Shown piece by piece: positions 1 to 9,497 of a DNA stretch of 64,000 nt. A program made the position numbers and the translations under genes. The stretch covers positions 247,949 through 311,948 of the forward strand of contig CAVOYH010000005.1 of NCBI GenBank assembly GCA_963700635.1, read 5' to 3'. This DNA comes from an uncultured Bacteroidota bacterium (GTDB lineage Bacteria > Bacteroidota > Ignavibacteria > UBA10030 > UBA6906). Numbering within the stretch: the first letter of the stretch is position 1; each line of letters starts with the position of its first letter. Under the pieces are notes generated by a model, which had not been told where the DNA came from, made no database searches, and worked only from the letters and a program-made list of their open reading frames with translations.

Positions 1-26
1 CGGTGGTTCGAGCCCACCCGCGGTCA
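1..26 (+). tRNA. 3' fragment of a tRNA cut by the window edge; isotype cannot be determined
   Basis: T-arm GGTGG-TTCGAGC-CCACC followed by acceptor 3' strand CGCGGTC-A; CCA not encoded. Confidence 0.8.
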
Positions 27-284
27 CAGGAAAACGGGGTAGAGAGAGGTAGGGGATGGGGGCGGGGAGATCAGGGGAGCTACAGCCGCGTTTCGCCTAA
101 CCTTCTGTAATAGTACACAAGGCCCACAAGCAGCCTGCTGACCATGAAGGCCGGGAACTACCACCCTCTGCATGTGCCACTATGCACACTCCTGTGAAGG
201 AATTGGTGGAATAGTCTGAAATTGGTTGCTTTTTACGTTCCTTCTATGTAATTTTGCCAATGTCGCGTCACGCTGAAATTTGAT

Positions 285-367
285 GCGGAAGTGGCGAAAT
301 TGGCAGACGCACCATCTTGAGGGGGTGGCGCCCACAAGGCATGCGGGTTCAAGTCCCGCCTTCCGCA
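285..367 (+). tRNA. tRNA-Leu(GAG)
   Basis: GCGGAAG/CTTCCGC acceptor stem, D-loop TGGCAGAC, anticodon arm CCATC-TTGAGGG-GGTGG, long variable arm, GGTTCAAGTCC T-loop. Confidence 0.95.
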
Positions 368-442
368 CATGAATGTTATGCTCGTACTGACCGGCCAGCC
401 GGATTGTCGGTCAGATGATTTGCAAAGAGGAGAGTCGAAAAC

Positions 443-844
443 ATGAAGAGAAAGAGCGTCCTCATTGCACTGCTTGTTCTCTCTACGATCTCCATGGTTC
501 TTGCCGGGGGGATCAAAGACGGAACACTGTCGGCCCAGAGTAACGGAACAAACATCATCGTGCGCTGGATGAGCGAGAGTGAGATTGATGTGCGCGGGTA
601 CCAGGTGGAACGCCGGGCCGGCACCGATGGTCCTTTTGTCCTCCTCACCACGCCATATATCCCCGCCAAAGGCGACGGTGCTACCTATGAGTTTGTCGAC
701 AACGCCGCATACCGGGTGACCGACAATCTCTACCAGTACCGCATTACCGCCATCGGGAACAACGCTACCTACTATGTCACCGTGAACCACCGGGTGAGCG
801 ACGTCAGACGCACCTGGGGCAGTATCAAAGCGATGTTCCGGTAG
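443..844 (+). CDS. Small secreted Ig/FN3-like protein with C-terminal TWGxIK motif
   Basis: SD GAGGAG, signal peptide, WxSESE..GYxVER motif, C-terminus RRTWGSIKAMFR. Confidence 0.8.
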   Translation: MKRKSVLIALLVLSTISMVLAGGIKDGTLSAQSNGTNIIVRWMSESEIDVRGYQVERRAGTDGPFVLLTTPYIPAKGDGATYEFVDNAAYRVTDNLYQYRITAIGNNATYYVTVNHRVSDVRRTWGSIKAMFR

Positions 845-890
845 GTAAGAGGGTGAACAGGCGAGGGCCTTTCTCCCTTCGAAAACCTGT

Positions 891-1469
891 ATGATGCTTC
901 CCCGATCCCTGGTCCTTGCCTCACGCTCCCCGCGTCGTCTATCCCTCCTCACGCAGATCGGTCTTTCTCCCCGCGTGGTATCCTGTGACATTCCCGAAGA
1001 CTTTGATGCTTCACTTTCACCCGCACAAAACGCGGAACAGCTTGCGCGCCAGAAGGCTGAATGTGTCGCCGGGAATATCAAAGAGGGGATCGTGCTCGGT
1101 GCCGATACCATCGTGGTGATCAACGGGCAGATCCTCGCAAAACCCGCGGATGCCGATGATGCTGTGCGCATGCTCACGATGTTAAGCGGACAAACACATA
1201 CCGTGTATACCGGTTTTGCGCTTATCGACAAACCATCCGGAAAGGTCCGCAGCGGTGTGGAAGAAACCCACGTCACGTTCCGGAAGATTCCGAGATCGGA
1301 AATTGTTGAGTACGTTCAGGGCGGATCACCCCTGGACAAAGCGGGCGCCTATGGCATCCAGGATGACTATGGAGCGGTGTTTGTGACGCGCATTGAAGGA
1401 TGCTACTACAATGTGGTGGGACTGCCGCTGGCGAGGGTGTTTAATGAGATAGGGCAGCTGACTGCATGA
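891..1469 (+). CDS. maf: Maf family nucleoside triphosphate pyrophosphatase
   Basis: LASRSPRR, GADTIV, KP, DKAGAYGIQ and NVVGLP motifs. Confidence 0.95.
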   Translation: MMLPRSLVLASRSPRRLSLLTQIGLSPRVVSCDIPEDFDASLSPAQNAEQLARQKAECVAGNIKEGIVLGADTIVVINGQILAKPADADDAVRMLTMLSGQTHTVYTGFALIDKPSGKVRSGVEETHVTFRKIPRSEIVEYVQGGSPLDKAGAYGIQDDYGAVFVTRIEGCYYNVVGLPLARVFNEIGQLTA

Positions 1470-1496
1470 GACCGTGATTCACGACGAAGGAGACCC

Positions 1497-1913
1497 ATGA
1501 ACACACCCATCCGTGTACTCATTGCAAAAGCAGGTTTGGATGGCCACGACCGCGGCGCCAAAGTTGTTGCCGCCGCGCTCCGTGATGCCGGAATGGAAGT
1601 GATCTATACTGGTTTGCGCAAGACTCCCGAAACGATTGTCGAAGCTGCCCTTCAGGAAGACGTAAACGCCATCGGGATCAGCGTCCTGAGTGGTGCGCAC
1701 ATGACAGTCTTTCCGCGCATTCTGACTCTCGCCCGGGAACGGGGAATCGGCGATGTTCTCTTGTTCGGTGGTGGGATAATCCCCGAAAGGGATATCGAGG
1801 CGCTCAAGAAGATGGGCGTTGGAGAATTGTTCACCCCCGGCGCACCAACCCAGGCCATCGTTGACTACGTCCGCGCCTGGGTGGAGGCGAAAGCTGCTGG
1901 CTCAAACCCATGA
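1497..1913 (+). CDS. Cobalamin-binding small subunit of a methylmalonyl-CoA mutase family enzyme
   Basis: [10 protein letters not shown] (DxHxxG), SxLxGAH and GGGIIP motifs; SD AAGGAG. Confidence 0.92.
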   Translation: MNTPIRVLIAKAGLDGHDRGAKVVAAALRDAGMEVIYTGLRKTPETIVEAALQEDVNAIGISVLSGAHMTVFPRILTLARERGIGDVLLFGGGIIPERDIEALKKMGVGELFTPGAPTQAIVDYVRAWVEAKAAGSNP

Positions 1914-2029
1914 TGGCCGGCACAGGAGAATTCCTCGCACAGGCCTTGCTCAGAACTCAGCCTGGCGCTTACAGCACCGTGTGAGAAAGGAATCGCCTTC
2001 CCTGCAGCACGCTCCGTGCCTTTTACTTC

Positions 2030-2236
2030 CTACGGGGCAATTCTGGTGACATTGACCGCTTGAAGCCCCTTCTGCCCCTGCTCTACCTCAAACTGCACAC
2101 CCTCCCCCTGCTTCAAGGTCTTGTACCCGTCCCCGATAATGGACTTGAAATGGACAAAGAGGTCTTCTCCGTTCTCACGCGTAATAAAGCCATACCCCTT
2201 CGCGTTATTGAACCACTTCACGGTACCCTTTTCCAT
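2030..2236 (-). CDS. csp: Cold-shock protein
   Basis: [14 protein letters not shown] (RNP1) and LFVHF (RNP2) motifs. Confidence 0.97.
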   Translation of the reverse strand: MEKGTVKWFNNAKGYGFITRENGEDLFVHFKSIIGDGYKTLKQGEGVQFEVEQGQKGLQAVNVTRIAP

Positions 2237-2336
2237 GGTGCTGGAACCTTCCTGGATGTGTTACCAATGCGAACGTAACAAACCGGATTGATAAACGCAA
2301 GTGCCCCCCCCAATCTGCCCGTGTTTCGCGCGGACA

Positions 2337-4691
2337 TCACTCATCAAGCCAGATTCCGGGATTGGGGGCCGGATCATCAGGTTTTTCGTCTCCCCCGTCC
2401 ACCGTACGTGTCTGGAGTATCATCCCCTCGGAGGAGAAGGGAAACAGATCTTCAATCGCAAAAATACGGGCAAAATCGGTCGGCCGGAAGAATTCAGTAA
2501 ACTTCTCTGAGAGTTCATTCAACCTCCTCAGATAGTACGCGGAGTTTTCATCGGGGAAGTGTGGATCCCACTCCTCAGCCGGCTTACTGGCGTCTGTTAT
2601 CCGCACATTGGGGTCACTCCCGGTAACATAATAGGCTACCCGGTCTCCGACCCGAAAACGGCGTCCCAGCCGGATTGCCACCTCGTACGCCGCACTCCGG
2701 TTCCTCTGCTCCTTCTCAACTTCCCGTCTGTACTGCTCAATCGGTTCCCGCAGTGTTTCCACCCGCGCGAAATCCCGAACATCCATTGTATGGGATTGAA
2801 TGGTGGAGGCCACCTCAAGATACAGCCGGTGGAGCCCGTCTATGTCATTGTTCAGAATCCGTTCAATACAGTGCCTGATATACGACCGACCGAACCTTTC
2901 CATACTCCGGGAGACCAGCGACGAGCCTTTGATGATCAGCCGGTCATCGTATCCGAGCAACGCATAGTTTTTCATCCGGTAACTCAGCATCCGGCGGTAT
3001 CGGCCATCCAGGACAAGCGAAATTCCCTTCGGCAGTTTCTTTGCCACCGAAGCGACCGTAGACAGCTCTTCCTCTTCGCTGTTCACGTCCTGGGGGGGGA
3101 CAAAATAGACACCGTCGGTATCCACCTCCACAACCTTCGCCCCCATTTCACGGAGTCCGCCAATGGTCTGCCTGAGGATCTCCTGCCCGGCTTTGGTCAC
3201 CTCATCGGCCTGGTGATAGTCGTTAAAGAGCGCCCTGGAATACCCGAGGTATCCATAGAAGGAATTAATGAGGATCTTCAGCGAAGACTGTTGCGCATCC
3301 AGGTGTGTACGATCCGTCTCGTTTTCTGCCTTGTGCATACGCTGCTTCAGAGTAAGGCGTTGCCTGGTGAGGATACCCAGCAACTCGCTAAAAACACCCA
3401 GCGTGTCACTGGCGGGCGAGATGTTCCTGGTGATCATAATCGATGGATACAACGACTCGACGTCGGCATGGACGATCGGACCGAGAACGCCGACGAAGAA
3501 CAAATCCGTGTACCCGCCCGTCGTCTGGGCGCCCGTCGTCGCCTGAGGCAGGGAATGTTTCTGCCGGAGGTACTCACGGACCAGGAGCAGTTCAATTTTC
3601 GTCGCCGCGCCAATCCGTGTGACGGTACCATAACTGCACGGCAGCATCCGGGCAAGATGGAAGGAAGAAGGGGAGAGCAGAGTACTCAGCCCCCGGGTTT
3701 CCCGCACGTCGTCCAGCGCATACCGGACAAGCGTTTCCGGTTCGTTGTCCCATGTCCAGGATATCCTCTCACCTTCCACAATCACACGGTCAGGGGAAGT
3801 CAACCCGAAGTACCGTGCAGCATACTTCAGGCCATGGCTCTCCATGTTCCGTTTGTTCTGGTCGTATGACTGGACCAGCTGATAGGTATCAACGACATGC
3901 CGTCCGCTAATGTCTCCTGCCGAGTAGTCGGGTGCATACTCGCCCTGGAACGAGCGTCCCTCCGCGATGCGCATCGGTTTGTCATCTCTGCCCAGTAAAG
4001 GTGCAATGTCATGCATGGCGCACCGCTTGAGGATATACGGCAGATCGAAGCCGAGGATGTTGTGTCCCTCGATCACATCCGGGTCACGGTGCCGGATTGT
4101 CCGGATCAGTTCCTTCAGCATGGCCGGCTCGTCGTGGTGTCTGCCGTCGATCATGTGCTCCCACCCGCTGTTGTCCGACAGCGCAATCAGGATGATCCTG
4201 TCACCCGGCCGGGATGCGGAACTGAATCCATGCGTTCCTGCCGTGTAGGTTTCAATGTCCAGCTGAAGCCGGTTGAGGTCCTCAAAGACCATCTCTTGAA
4301 ACAGGGTGCGGCCGGATTGGAGGAGGTACTGTGTGACGGGGTCCGGGATCATGTGCAGAACATCAAGCTGCGTGTAGGAATCGATCCCGATGGGCACCCG
4401 CCGGTTGAAGAGTTCGATGAGGTGCCGGGTGGCTTCCCACATGGAATTCCAGCTGTCGAAGACGCACAGGTACGCAAACCGGTGTTCGCCGGCCGTTTTC
4501 TTGATCCAGTGTTTGTGCTGGAAACCTTCGAGGAGGGATGGATCGGCGAGATAGAAAAACGGAAAAAAGGGCTCGTCGCGCGTGGTCGTACGTCCGCCGC
4601 TGCGAAGCGTCAGACGTACGAGAGCGTCGTCGACATGATCCACTGCGACGATATGCGGCTCGGGGGTATGGCCGGAGAGAACAGTGCTCAT
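2337..4691 (-). CDS. polB: Family B DNA polymerase with 3'-5' exonuclease
   Basis: ExoI LDIET, ExoII HNILGFDLPY, ExoIII YALDD; Pol motifs A DVESLYPS, B KILINSFYG and C VDTDG all intact. Confidence 0.92.
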   Translation of the reverse strand: MSTVLSGHTPEPHIVAVDHVDDALVRLTLRSGGRTTTRDEPFFPFFYLADPSLLEGFQHKHWIKKTAGEHRFAYLCVFDSWNSMWEATRHLIELFNRRVPIGIDSYTQLDVLHMIPDPVTQYLLQSGRTLFQEMVFEDLNRLQLDIETYTAGTHGFSSASRPGDRIILIALSDNSGWEHMIDGRHHDEPAMLKELIRTIRHRDPDVIEGHNILGFDLPYILKRCAMHDIAPLLGRDDKPMRIAEGRSFQGEYAPDYSAGDISGRHVVDTYQLVQSYDQNKRNMESHGLKYAARYFGLTSPDRVIVEGERISWTWDNEPETLVRYALDDVRETRGLSTLLSPSSFHLARMLPCSYGTVTRIGAATKIELLLVREYLRQKHSLPQATTGAQTTGGYTDLFFVGVLGPIVHADVESLYPSIMITRNISPASDTLGVFSELLGILTRQRLTLKQRMHKAENETDRTHLDAQQSSLKILINSFYGYLGYSRALFNDYHQADEVTKAGQEILRQTIGGLREMGAKVVEVDTDGVYFVPPQDVNSEEEELSTVASVAKKLPKGISLVLDGRYRRMLSYRMKNYALLGYDDRLIIKGSSLVSRSMERFGRSYIRHCIERILNNDIDGLHRLYLEVASTIQSHTMDVRDFARVETLREPIEQYRREVEKEQRNRSAAYEVAIRLGRRFRVGDRVAYYVTGSDPNVRITDASKPAEEWDPHFPDENSAYYLRRLNELSEKFTEFFRPTDFARIFAIEDLFPFSSEGMILQTRTVDGGDEKPDDPAPNPGIWLDE

Positions 4692-4707
4692 CGGCTCGAA
4701 CGGTTAC

Positions 4708-5505
4708 TTACTTCTTTCTCCGCGTTTTCTTCGTAGCGGCCGCCTCTTGTTCCTTAAACGCCTTCAGGAACGGGGCGACGAGATCGATGGGGATCGGGAA
4801 TATGGTCGTGGAGTTCTTTTCCGATGCAACCTCCGTAAGGGTCTGGAGATACCGGAGCTGGAGAGCCATCGGATGGTCCTCAATAGTTATGGCCGCATCC
4901 TTAAGACGCTTGGCCGCCTGGAATTCTCCCTCGGCATGTATGACCTTTGCGCGCCTCTCCCGCTCGGCTTCCGCCTGACGCGCCATCGCACGCTGCATTT
5001 CAACGGGCAGGTCGATGTGCTTGACTTCAACGTTTGATACCTTGATTCCCCACGGCTCCGTCTGGTGGTCGATAATTTTCTGCAACTCCGCGTTAATCTT
5101 GTCCCGGGCCGAGAGGAGCTCATCAAGTTCAGACTGGCCGAGGATGCTCCGGAGTGTGGTCTGGGAGAGCTGGGAGGTGGCAAAGAGGAAGTTTTCCACT
5201 TCTACAATCGCCTTGTCAGGGTGCACAACACGGAAATAGACAACCGCGTTTACTTTTATGGAGACATTGTCTTTGGTGATCACATCCTGGGGTGGGACAT
5301 CGAAGACCACGGTACGCAGACTCACTTTTACGAGCTTGTCAACCATGGGGATGAGCAGAATCAGCCCCGGTCCTTTCACAGCAATAAGGCGGCCCAGGCG
5401 GAATATGACACCCCGTTCATACTCACGCAGGATACGAATGGCGTTCGCGATGATGATGGCAAGAAAGAGAACAACGATGACGATGATAGCGCCGAAGGCT
5501 TGCAT
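4708..5505 (-). CDS. Stomatin/SPFH (slipin) protein
   Basis: N-terminal [39 protein letters not shown] and LQLRYLQTL motifs. Confidence 0.95.
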   Translation of the reverse strand: MQAFGAIIVIVVLFLAIIIANAIRILREYERGVIFRLGRLIAVKGPGLILLIPMVDKLVKVSLRTVVFDVPPQDVITKDNVSIKVNAVVYFRVVHPDKAIVEVENFLFATSQLSQTTLRSILGQSELDELLSARDKINAELQKIIDHQTEPWGIKVSNVEVKHIDLPVEMQRAMARQAEAERERRAKVIHAEGEFQAAKRLKDAAITIEDHPMALQLRYLQTLTEVASEKNSTTIFPIPIDLVAPFLKAFKEQEAAATKKTRRKK

Positions 5506-5520
5506 GGCCTGGCTCCTCTG

Positions 5521-6810
5521 TTAGGTGCTGCGTTGGGTGGGGGAAACAGTGAGGTGAAGACCGTGCATACCGGTGACGACTATCGGGTCGCCGGCATGAA
5601 CAGGCGGTGACGTGGCCGTCGCCGACCAGATTTCGCCATGAACACGCACCTGGCCGTCGGGATTCAACTCCTGCAGGGCAACTCCGGTTTCTCCGATGAT
5701 TCCTTCCTCGCCGGTGGTGGGTTTGCGGCGTTGAGCCCGTACACCCATTCCGATGGCGAAGAGGAAAAAGAGAACTGTTACGACGACCGATGGGATAATA
5801 ACAAGCCAGGAGACACGGAGTACTTCCAGTGGTGATTCTACGTCGATGAGCATAACGGATCCAAGAAGAAGGCACAATGCGCCGCCGATGGACAGGAGGC
5901 CATAACTGGTTATTTTAATCTCGAGAAGGAAGAGGATAACGCCCACAACAAGAAGGGCCAGGCCGGCATAGTTCACCGGGAGTGTGTGGAGTGAATAGAA
6001 GGCGAGGATCAGTGAAATCACGCCCACGACGCCGGGGAGGACCGACCCGGGATTGTACAGTTCAAATATCAGGCCGTACATCCCCAGAAGGAAAAAGATG
6101 TATGCAATGTTCGGATCGCTGAGCAGGTCGAGAATGGTGGACTTCCAGTCCATTGTCTTCCGGACAACCTGCGCCCCCGCGGTCCGGATCGTATCAGGTC
6201 CTGAATCGAGCTGGACGATTCTGCCGTCAAGTTTCCGGACGAGATCATCCAGATCGCGTGCAATCAGGTCGATCACGGAGTCGCGCAGAGCTTCCGTATC
6301 GCTTAGAGATGTACTTTGCCGTACGGCTTCTTCAGCCCATTTGATGTTACGCTTGCGCTTTTCGCTGATTGCCCGGATAAATGCTGCCGCGTCATTGGTG
6401 GCTTTCTGACTCGAAATGGAATCCTGTTCGCCGCCCTGCATCCCGACCGGATGTGCAGCCCCGATATTCGTTCCCGGAGTCATGGCTGCCACATGGGCCG
6501 CAAGCGTGATAAAGGCTCCGGCAGACGCCGCCTGGGAACCGGCGGGAGAAACGTACACGACGATCGGGATTTTAGCGGTCAGGAGGTCGCTGACAATGAC
6601 CCTGGTAGATTTGAGCAGGCCGCCCGGCGTATTCAGGGCTATGATGAGACACTCGGCCTTCTCGTTGACCGCCTTTTCAATGCTCTGGTGAACATAATCC
6701 GCCGTTGCGGGATTTATCGTAGCGTCCAGCGAAATGACGTGGATGGGCTGGGCGTGGGAGAGCGTTGTGGCGATAAATAGCGAAAGGAGCAGGGAATAGG
6801 CTGTTTTCAT
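5521..6810 (-). CDS. nfeD: Long-form NfeD membrane-bound ClpP-class serine protease
   Basis: LNTPGG, AASAG and TNIGAAHP motifs, TM region, C-terminal OB domain (GEIWSA); directly upstream of stomatin; start placed at MKTAYS. Confidence 0.93.
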   Translation of the reverse strand: MKTAYSLLLSLFIATTLSHAQPIHVISLDATINPATADYVHQSIEKAVNEKAECLIIALNTPGGLLKSTRVIVSDLLTAKIPIVVYVSPAGSQAASAGAFITLAAHVAAMTPGTNIGAAHPVGMQGGEQDSISSQKATNDAAAFIRAISEKRKRNIKWAEEAVRQSTSLSDTEALRDSVIDLIARDLDDLVRKLDGRIVQLDSGPDTIRTAGAQVVRKTMDWKSTILDLLSDPNIAYIFFLLGMYGLIFELYNPGSVLPGVVGVISLILAFYSLHTLPVNYAGLALLVVGVILFLLEIKITSYGLLSIGGALCLLLGSVMLIDVESPLEVLRVSWLVIIPSVVVTVLFFLFAIGMGVRAQRRKPTTGEEGIIGETGVALQELNPDGQVRVHGEIWSATATSPPVHAGDPIVVTGMHGLHLTVSPTQRST

Positions 6811-6925
6811 AGTGTATGACCACCGCTGCAATCGGCTATAGCCAAGAATCTCTTAAAATTGCCAATCGGTTCGAGCGGAGAGGGTGGGCAAACTCCGGAC
6901 CCGGTATTTCCGAGTTTATGTATTC

Positions 6926-6954
6926 AAAGTACCTCTCCGCGTGCTAATAGTCAA
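6926..6954 (-). promoter_or_regulatory. Sigma70-type promoter for nfeD-stomatin-polB
   Basis: Minus strand TTGACT-17 nt-TACTTT. Confidence 0.55.
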
Positions 6955-7107
6955 GGAAATGCGAACGGACCAACTCAGCCGCGTTAGCAATCCGTCGCGC
7001 GCACATGAGGTAGACTCAGAGCTGAACAATGACACCCGTGCAAAACTCGTGACCGGGAGGATGCTCATTACATGCAGGGCCTGAGACTCAATGTAGCCGG
7101 ATTTTCC

Positions 7108-7136
7108 TTGACATTCTCGAACCCGGAGACTACTAT
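7108..7136 (+). promoter_or_regulatory. Near-consensus sigma70-type promoter
   Basis: TTGACA-17 nt-TACTAT, 48 nt upstream of the ATG at 7185. Confidence 0.7.
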
Positions 7137-7184
7137 ATCCCCAACCGCAATGCTCATAATCAACAGTATCAAAGGAGGACATCA

Positions 7185-7514
7185 ATGGAAAAAGTCGGCC
7201 GCTATGCATTTCTCATTGGGGTCGTTATCAGCATTCTTGCGGGGTTTCTCTCATCGGATTGGATCTTTGCGATCCTGACTCTGCTCGGACTGATAGTCGG
7301 GCTCCTGAACGTCACGTCCAAGGAGGTTCAAAGTTTTCTCCTGGCTGCTGTCAGTCTCGTCATTGTGGCCGGGCTCGGGTCTGACCGCATTACGTCCCTG
7401 CCGCAGGTGGGCGATATCCTCGGGAGGGTGTACACAGCACTTCTGACGTTCGTATCGCCTGCAGCAATCATTGTCGCGCTGAAATCGATCTTTTCTCTGG
7501 CGAAGAGTGCCTAA
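7185..7514 (+). CDS. Small 4-TM hypothetical membrane protein
   Basis: SD AAGGAGG, hydrophobic 109-aa ORF, GLLNVTxKE and PAAIIVALK motifs. Confidence 0.85.
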   Translation: MEKVGRYAFLIGVVISILAGFLSSDWIFAILTLLGLIVGLLNVTSKEVQSFLLAAVSLVIVAGLGSDRITSLPQVGDILGRVYTALLTFVSPAAIIVALKSIFSLAKSA

Positions 7515-7575
7515 ACTGTTGTCGGAGAGCGTGCCACAGAAATCGTTTTGCGTAATGGATGCGTCATCCTGATCA

Positions 7576-8124
7576 ATGGTCTCCGATGTCCGTGCATTGT
7601 TTCAAACAACAGGAGGGCCCGTGGCGGGAGTACTGTATCAATACCTATCTGATGATCACGACAGACTCGACGCTCTCCTGCTCCGGGCTGCGGAGAAACC
7701 CGGCGATATGAACATGGAGTCTTATGCCGACTTCCGTAAAGGCCTGCTAAGGCATATTGCAGTGGAAGAAAAGATCGTACTGCCGGCAATAACACGATTA
7801 CAGGGAGGCAAGCCGGCAGAGATCGCCGCGAGGCTCCGGCTTGACCACGGCGCGATTGTTGCTCTTCTGGTACCTCCGCCCACTTCATCCATCGTCCTCA
7901 CAATCCGCTCAATCCTTGAAGTGCACAATGCTCTTGAAGAACAAGATGGCGGCTTGTACCAACTTTTTGAACGGTTGGCCGGGCCGGAGACGGAGAAGCT
8001 TCTCAGACAATTGAAGGGCGCTCCCGATGTGCCTGTGTTGCCGCACAACGAACGACCGGGCGTAATGGAAGCCACTCAACGGGCGGTTGCGCGGGCAGGA
8101 TACGAGTTTAAGACCGGGGCCTAA
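7576..8124 (+). CDS. Hemerythrin-domain protein (true start may be GTG at 7621)
   Basis: DHDRLD, HIAVEE, DH and HNALEE metal-ligand pattern. Confidence 0.85.
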   Translation: MVSDVRALFQTTGGPVAGVLYQYLSDDHDRLDALLLRAAEKPGDMNMESYADFRKGLLRHIAVEEKIVLPAITRLQGGKPAEIAARLRLDHGAIVALLVPPPTSSIVLTIRSILEVHNALEEQDGGLYQLFERLAGPETEKLLRQLKGAPDVPVLPHNERPGVMEATQRAVARAGYEFKTGA

Positions 8125-8145
8125 CAGGCTTGAACTCCACCGGAA

Positions 8146-8436
8146 TCAAAACACCCCATTCCGGTTCGGAGAATCTTCCGGTACCTCCTGCGCGGCCTCC
8201 CACTCTTCAATGATACGATCGCCTTCAAACCGGAAAAAGTGCATCAGCGTAATGTCCGGCATCTCCGGCGTCAGCCGTACCCTTCCATGCACAGCTACCA
8301 AATCCCCATCTTCGAGTGCCCGCAGGATCTCGAAGACTTTTTTGGGATACTCAATGGCACTCTGTTCCATGCCGATCAGGAGAGATTCTCTGTCACCCTG
8401 AAAATATGGATTATGGTGAAGAAAATCGGGATGCAC
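8146..8436 (-). CDS. SnoaL/NTF2-like protein; true N-terminus unclear
   Basis: FLHHNPYF, EDGDLVAVH and HFFRFEGDRIIEEW motifs; family-like sequence continues upstream to ~8495. Confidence 0.75.
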   Translation of the reverse strand: MHPDFLHHNPYFQGDRESLLIGMEQSAIEYPKKVFEILRALEDGDLVAVHGRVRLTPEMPDITLMHFFRFEGDRIIEEWEAAQEVPEDSPNRNGVF

Positions 8437-8588
8437 ATACCTGTCATACGCTTCGCGCGCATCACCGGCCGCGGCAAGCCGCAGGAATGAGACACCAAAA
8501 GATGCGCTATGCGCCCGAACGCGAATTCGTCGGTGGTGGAAAAAACAAGCCGTTCCGGATTGAAAATGGACACTGGAGAATACGAAAT

Positions 8589-9458
8589 ATGAATGGTCTG
8601 ATCAGGTGGTCCGTGGGTGTCCTTTGTGTGCTCTGGTTCATCTCGGCGAAGACCCATGGGCAGGATACGGTGCAGGTAAACGGACCTGTTGAATACACCT
8701 ATCGAACGGTGGATGACAGGGCTCTGAAGGCATACGTCTTTCAGCCGGCGAACGGTGCTGCCGGACGCGCAGCCATTGTTATCTTTCACGGTGGAGGGTG
8801 GAGCATAGGAGAACCGGAATGGGCTTTCGGGCGTGCCCGACATTTTGCCGCACGAGGTATGACCGCTGTTGCGGCTCAATATCGCCTTTCGGATCAGAAA
8901 TCCATTACACCGGTGGAGGCCATGGCGGATGCCCGTGCCGTCATTCACTGGATGCGCACAAGCGCCGCTGCTCTGGGCATCAATCCGAAGCGTATAGCGG
9001 CCTACGGGTGGTCTGCGGGGGGACACCTTGCCGTCTCCGCAGCGATTTTCAGCGAGACTGCAGTGCAGGGAGGAGTCAGTTCTTCTCCCGATGCGCTGGT
9101 GCTGGTCTCTCCTGCACTGCATCTTGAAAAGGACGGCTGGGTCCAGCGCCTTCTCGGCACGCGGGCCGAGGCCTCCTCCATCTCACCCGCGTCGCATGTG
9201 AGGAAAGGACTTCCTCCAACTCTTATTCTACAGGGAAGTGATGACACCGTGACTCCGCTGGAAGGGGCCCGGCTTTTTGCCGACAGGATGCGGGATGCAG
9301 GGAACAGATGCGATATGCAGGTCTATCCGGGGGTAGGGCATCTTTTTACCCCCGCAGGCACGCGCGACGATGGGTGGCCGCAACCCGATGTGAAGGTCCA
9401 GGCCCTTGCGTTCAAGAAAGCCGACGACTTCCTGATATCGCTTGGATTGATGAGGTGA
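8589..9458 (+). CDS. Secreted alpha/beta hydrolase (HSL-like esterase)
   Basis: Signal peptide, HGGGW oxyanion motif, GWSAGG nucleophile, GSDD and GVGH catalytic Asp/His. Confidence 0.9.
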   Translation: MNGLIRWSVGVLCVLWFISAKTHGQDTVQVNGPVEYTYRTVDDRALKAYVFQPANGAAGRAAIVIFHGGGWSIGEPEWAFGRARHFAARGMTAVAAQYRLSDQKSITPVEAMADARAVIHWMRTSAAALGINPKRIAAYGWSAGGHLAVSAAIFSETAVQGGVSSSPDALVLVSPALHLEKDGWVQRLLGTRAEASSISPASHVRKGLPPTLILQGSDDTVTPLEGARLFADRMRDAGNRCDMQVYPGVGHLFTPAGTRDDGWPQPDVKVQALAFKKADDFLISLGLMR

Positions 9459-9497
9459 GATCACACGGCGCATCGGGCGGACAACGGCAAACCCAAC

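Noticed and set aside
2559-3869. Long + strand ORF (436 aa) and similar antisense ORFs (233..1276, 4011..4736, 21202..22056, 36688..37563)
   Set aside because: They are shadows of well-supported genes on the opposite strand in GC-rich DNA and carry no recognisable motifs
6883-6930. GGGCAAAC suggesting a c-di-GMP-I riboswitch
   Set aside because: No GNRA-capped P2 or GCAAAG/P3 continuation, and it lies upstream of the predicted + strand promoter
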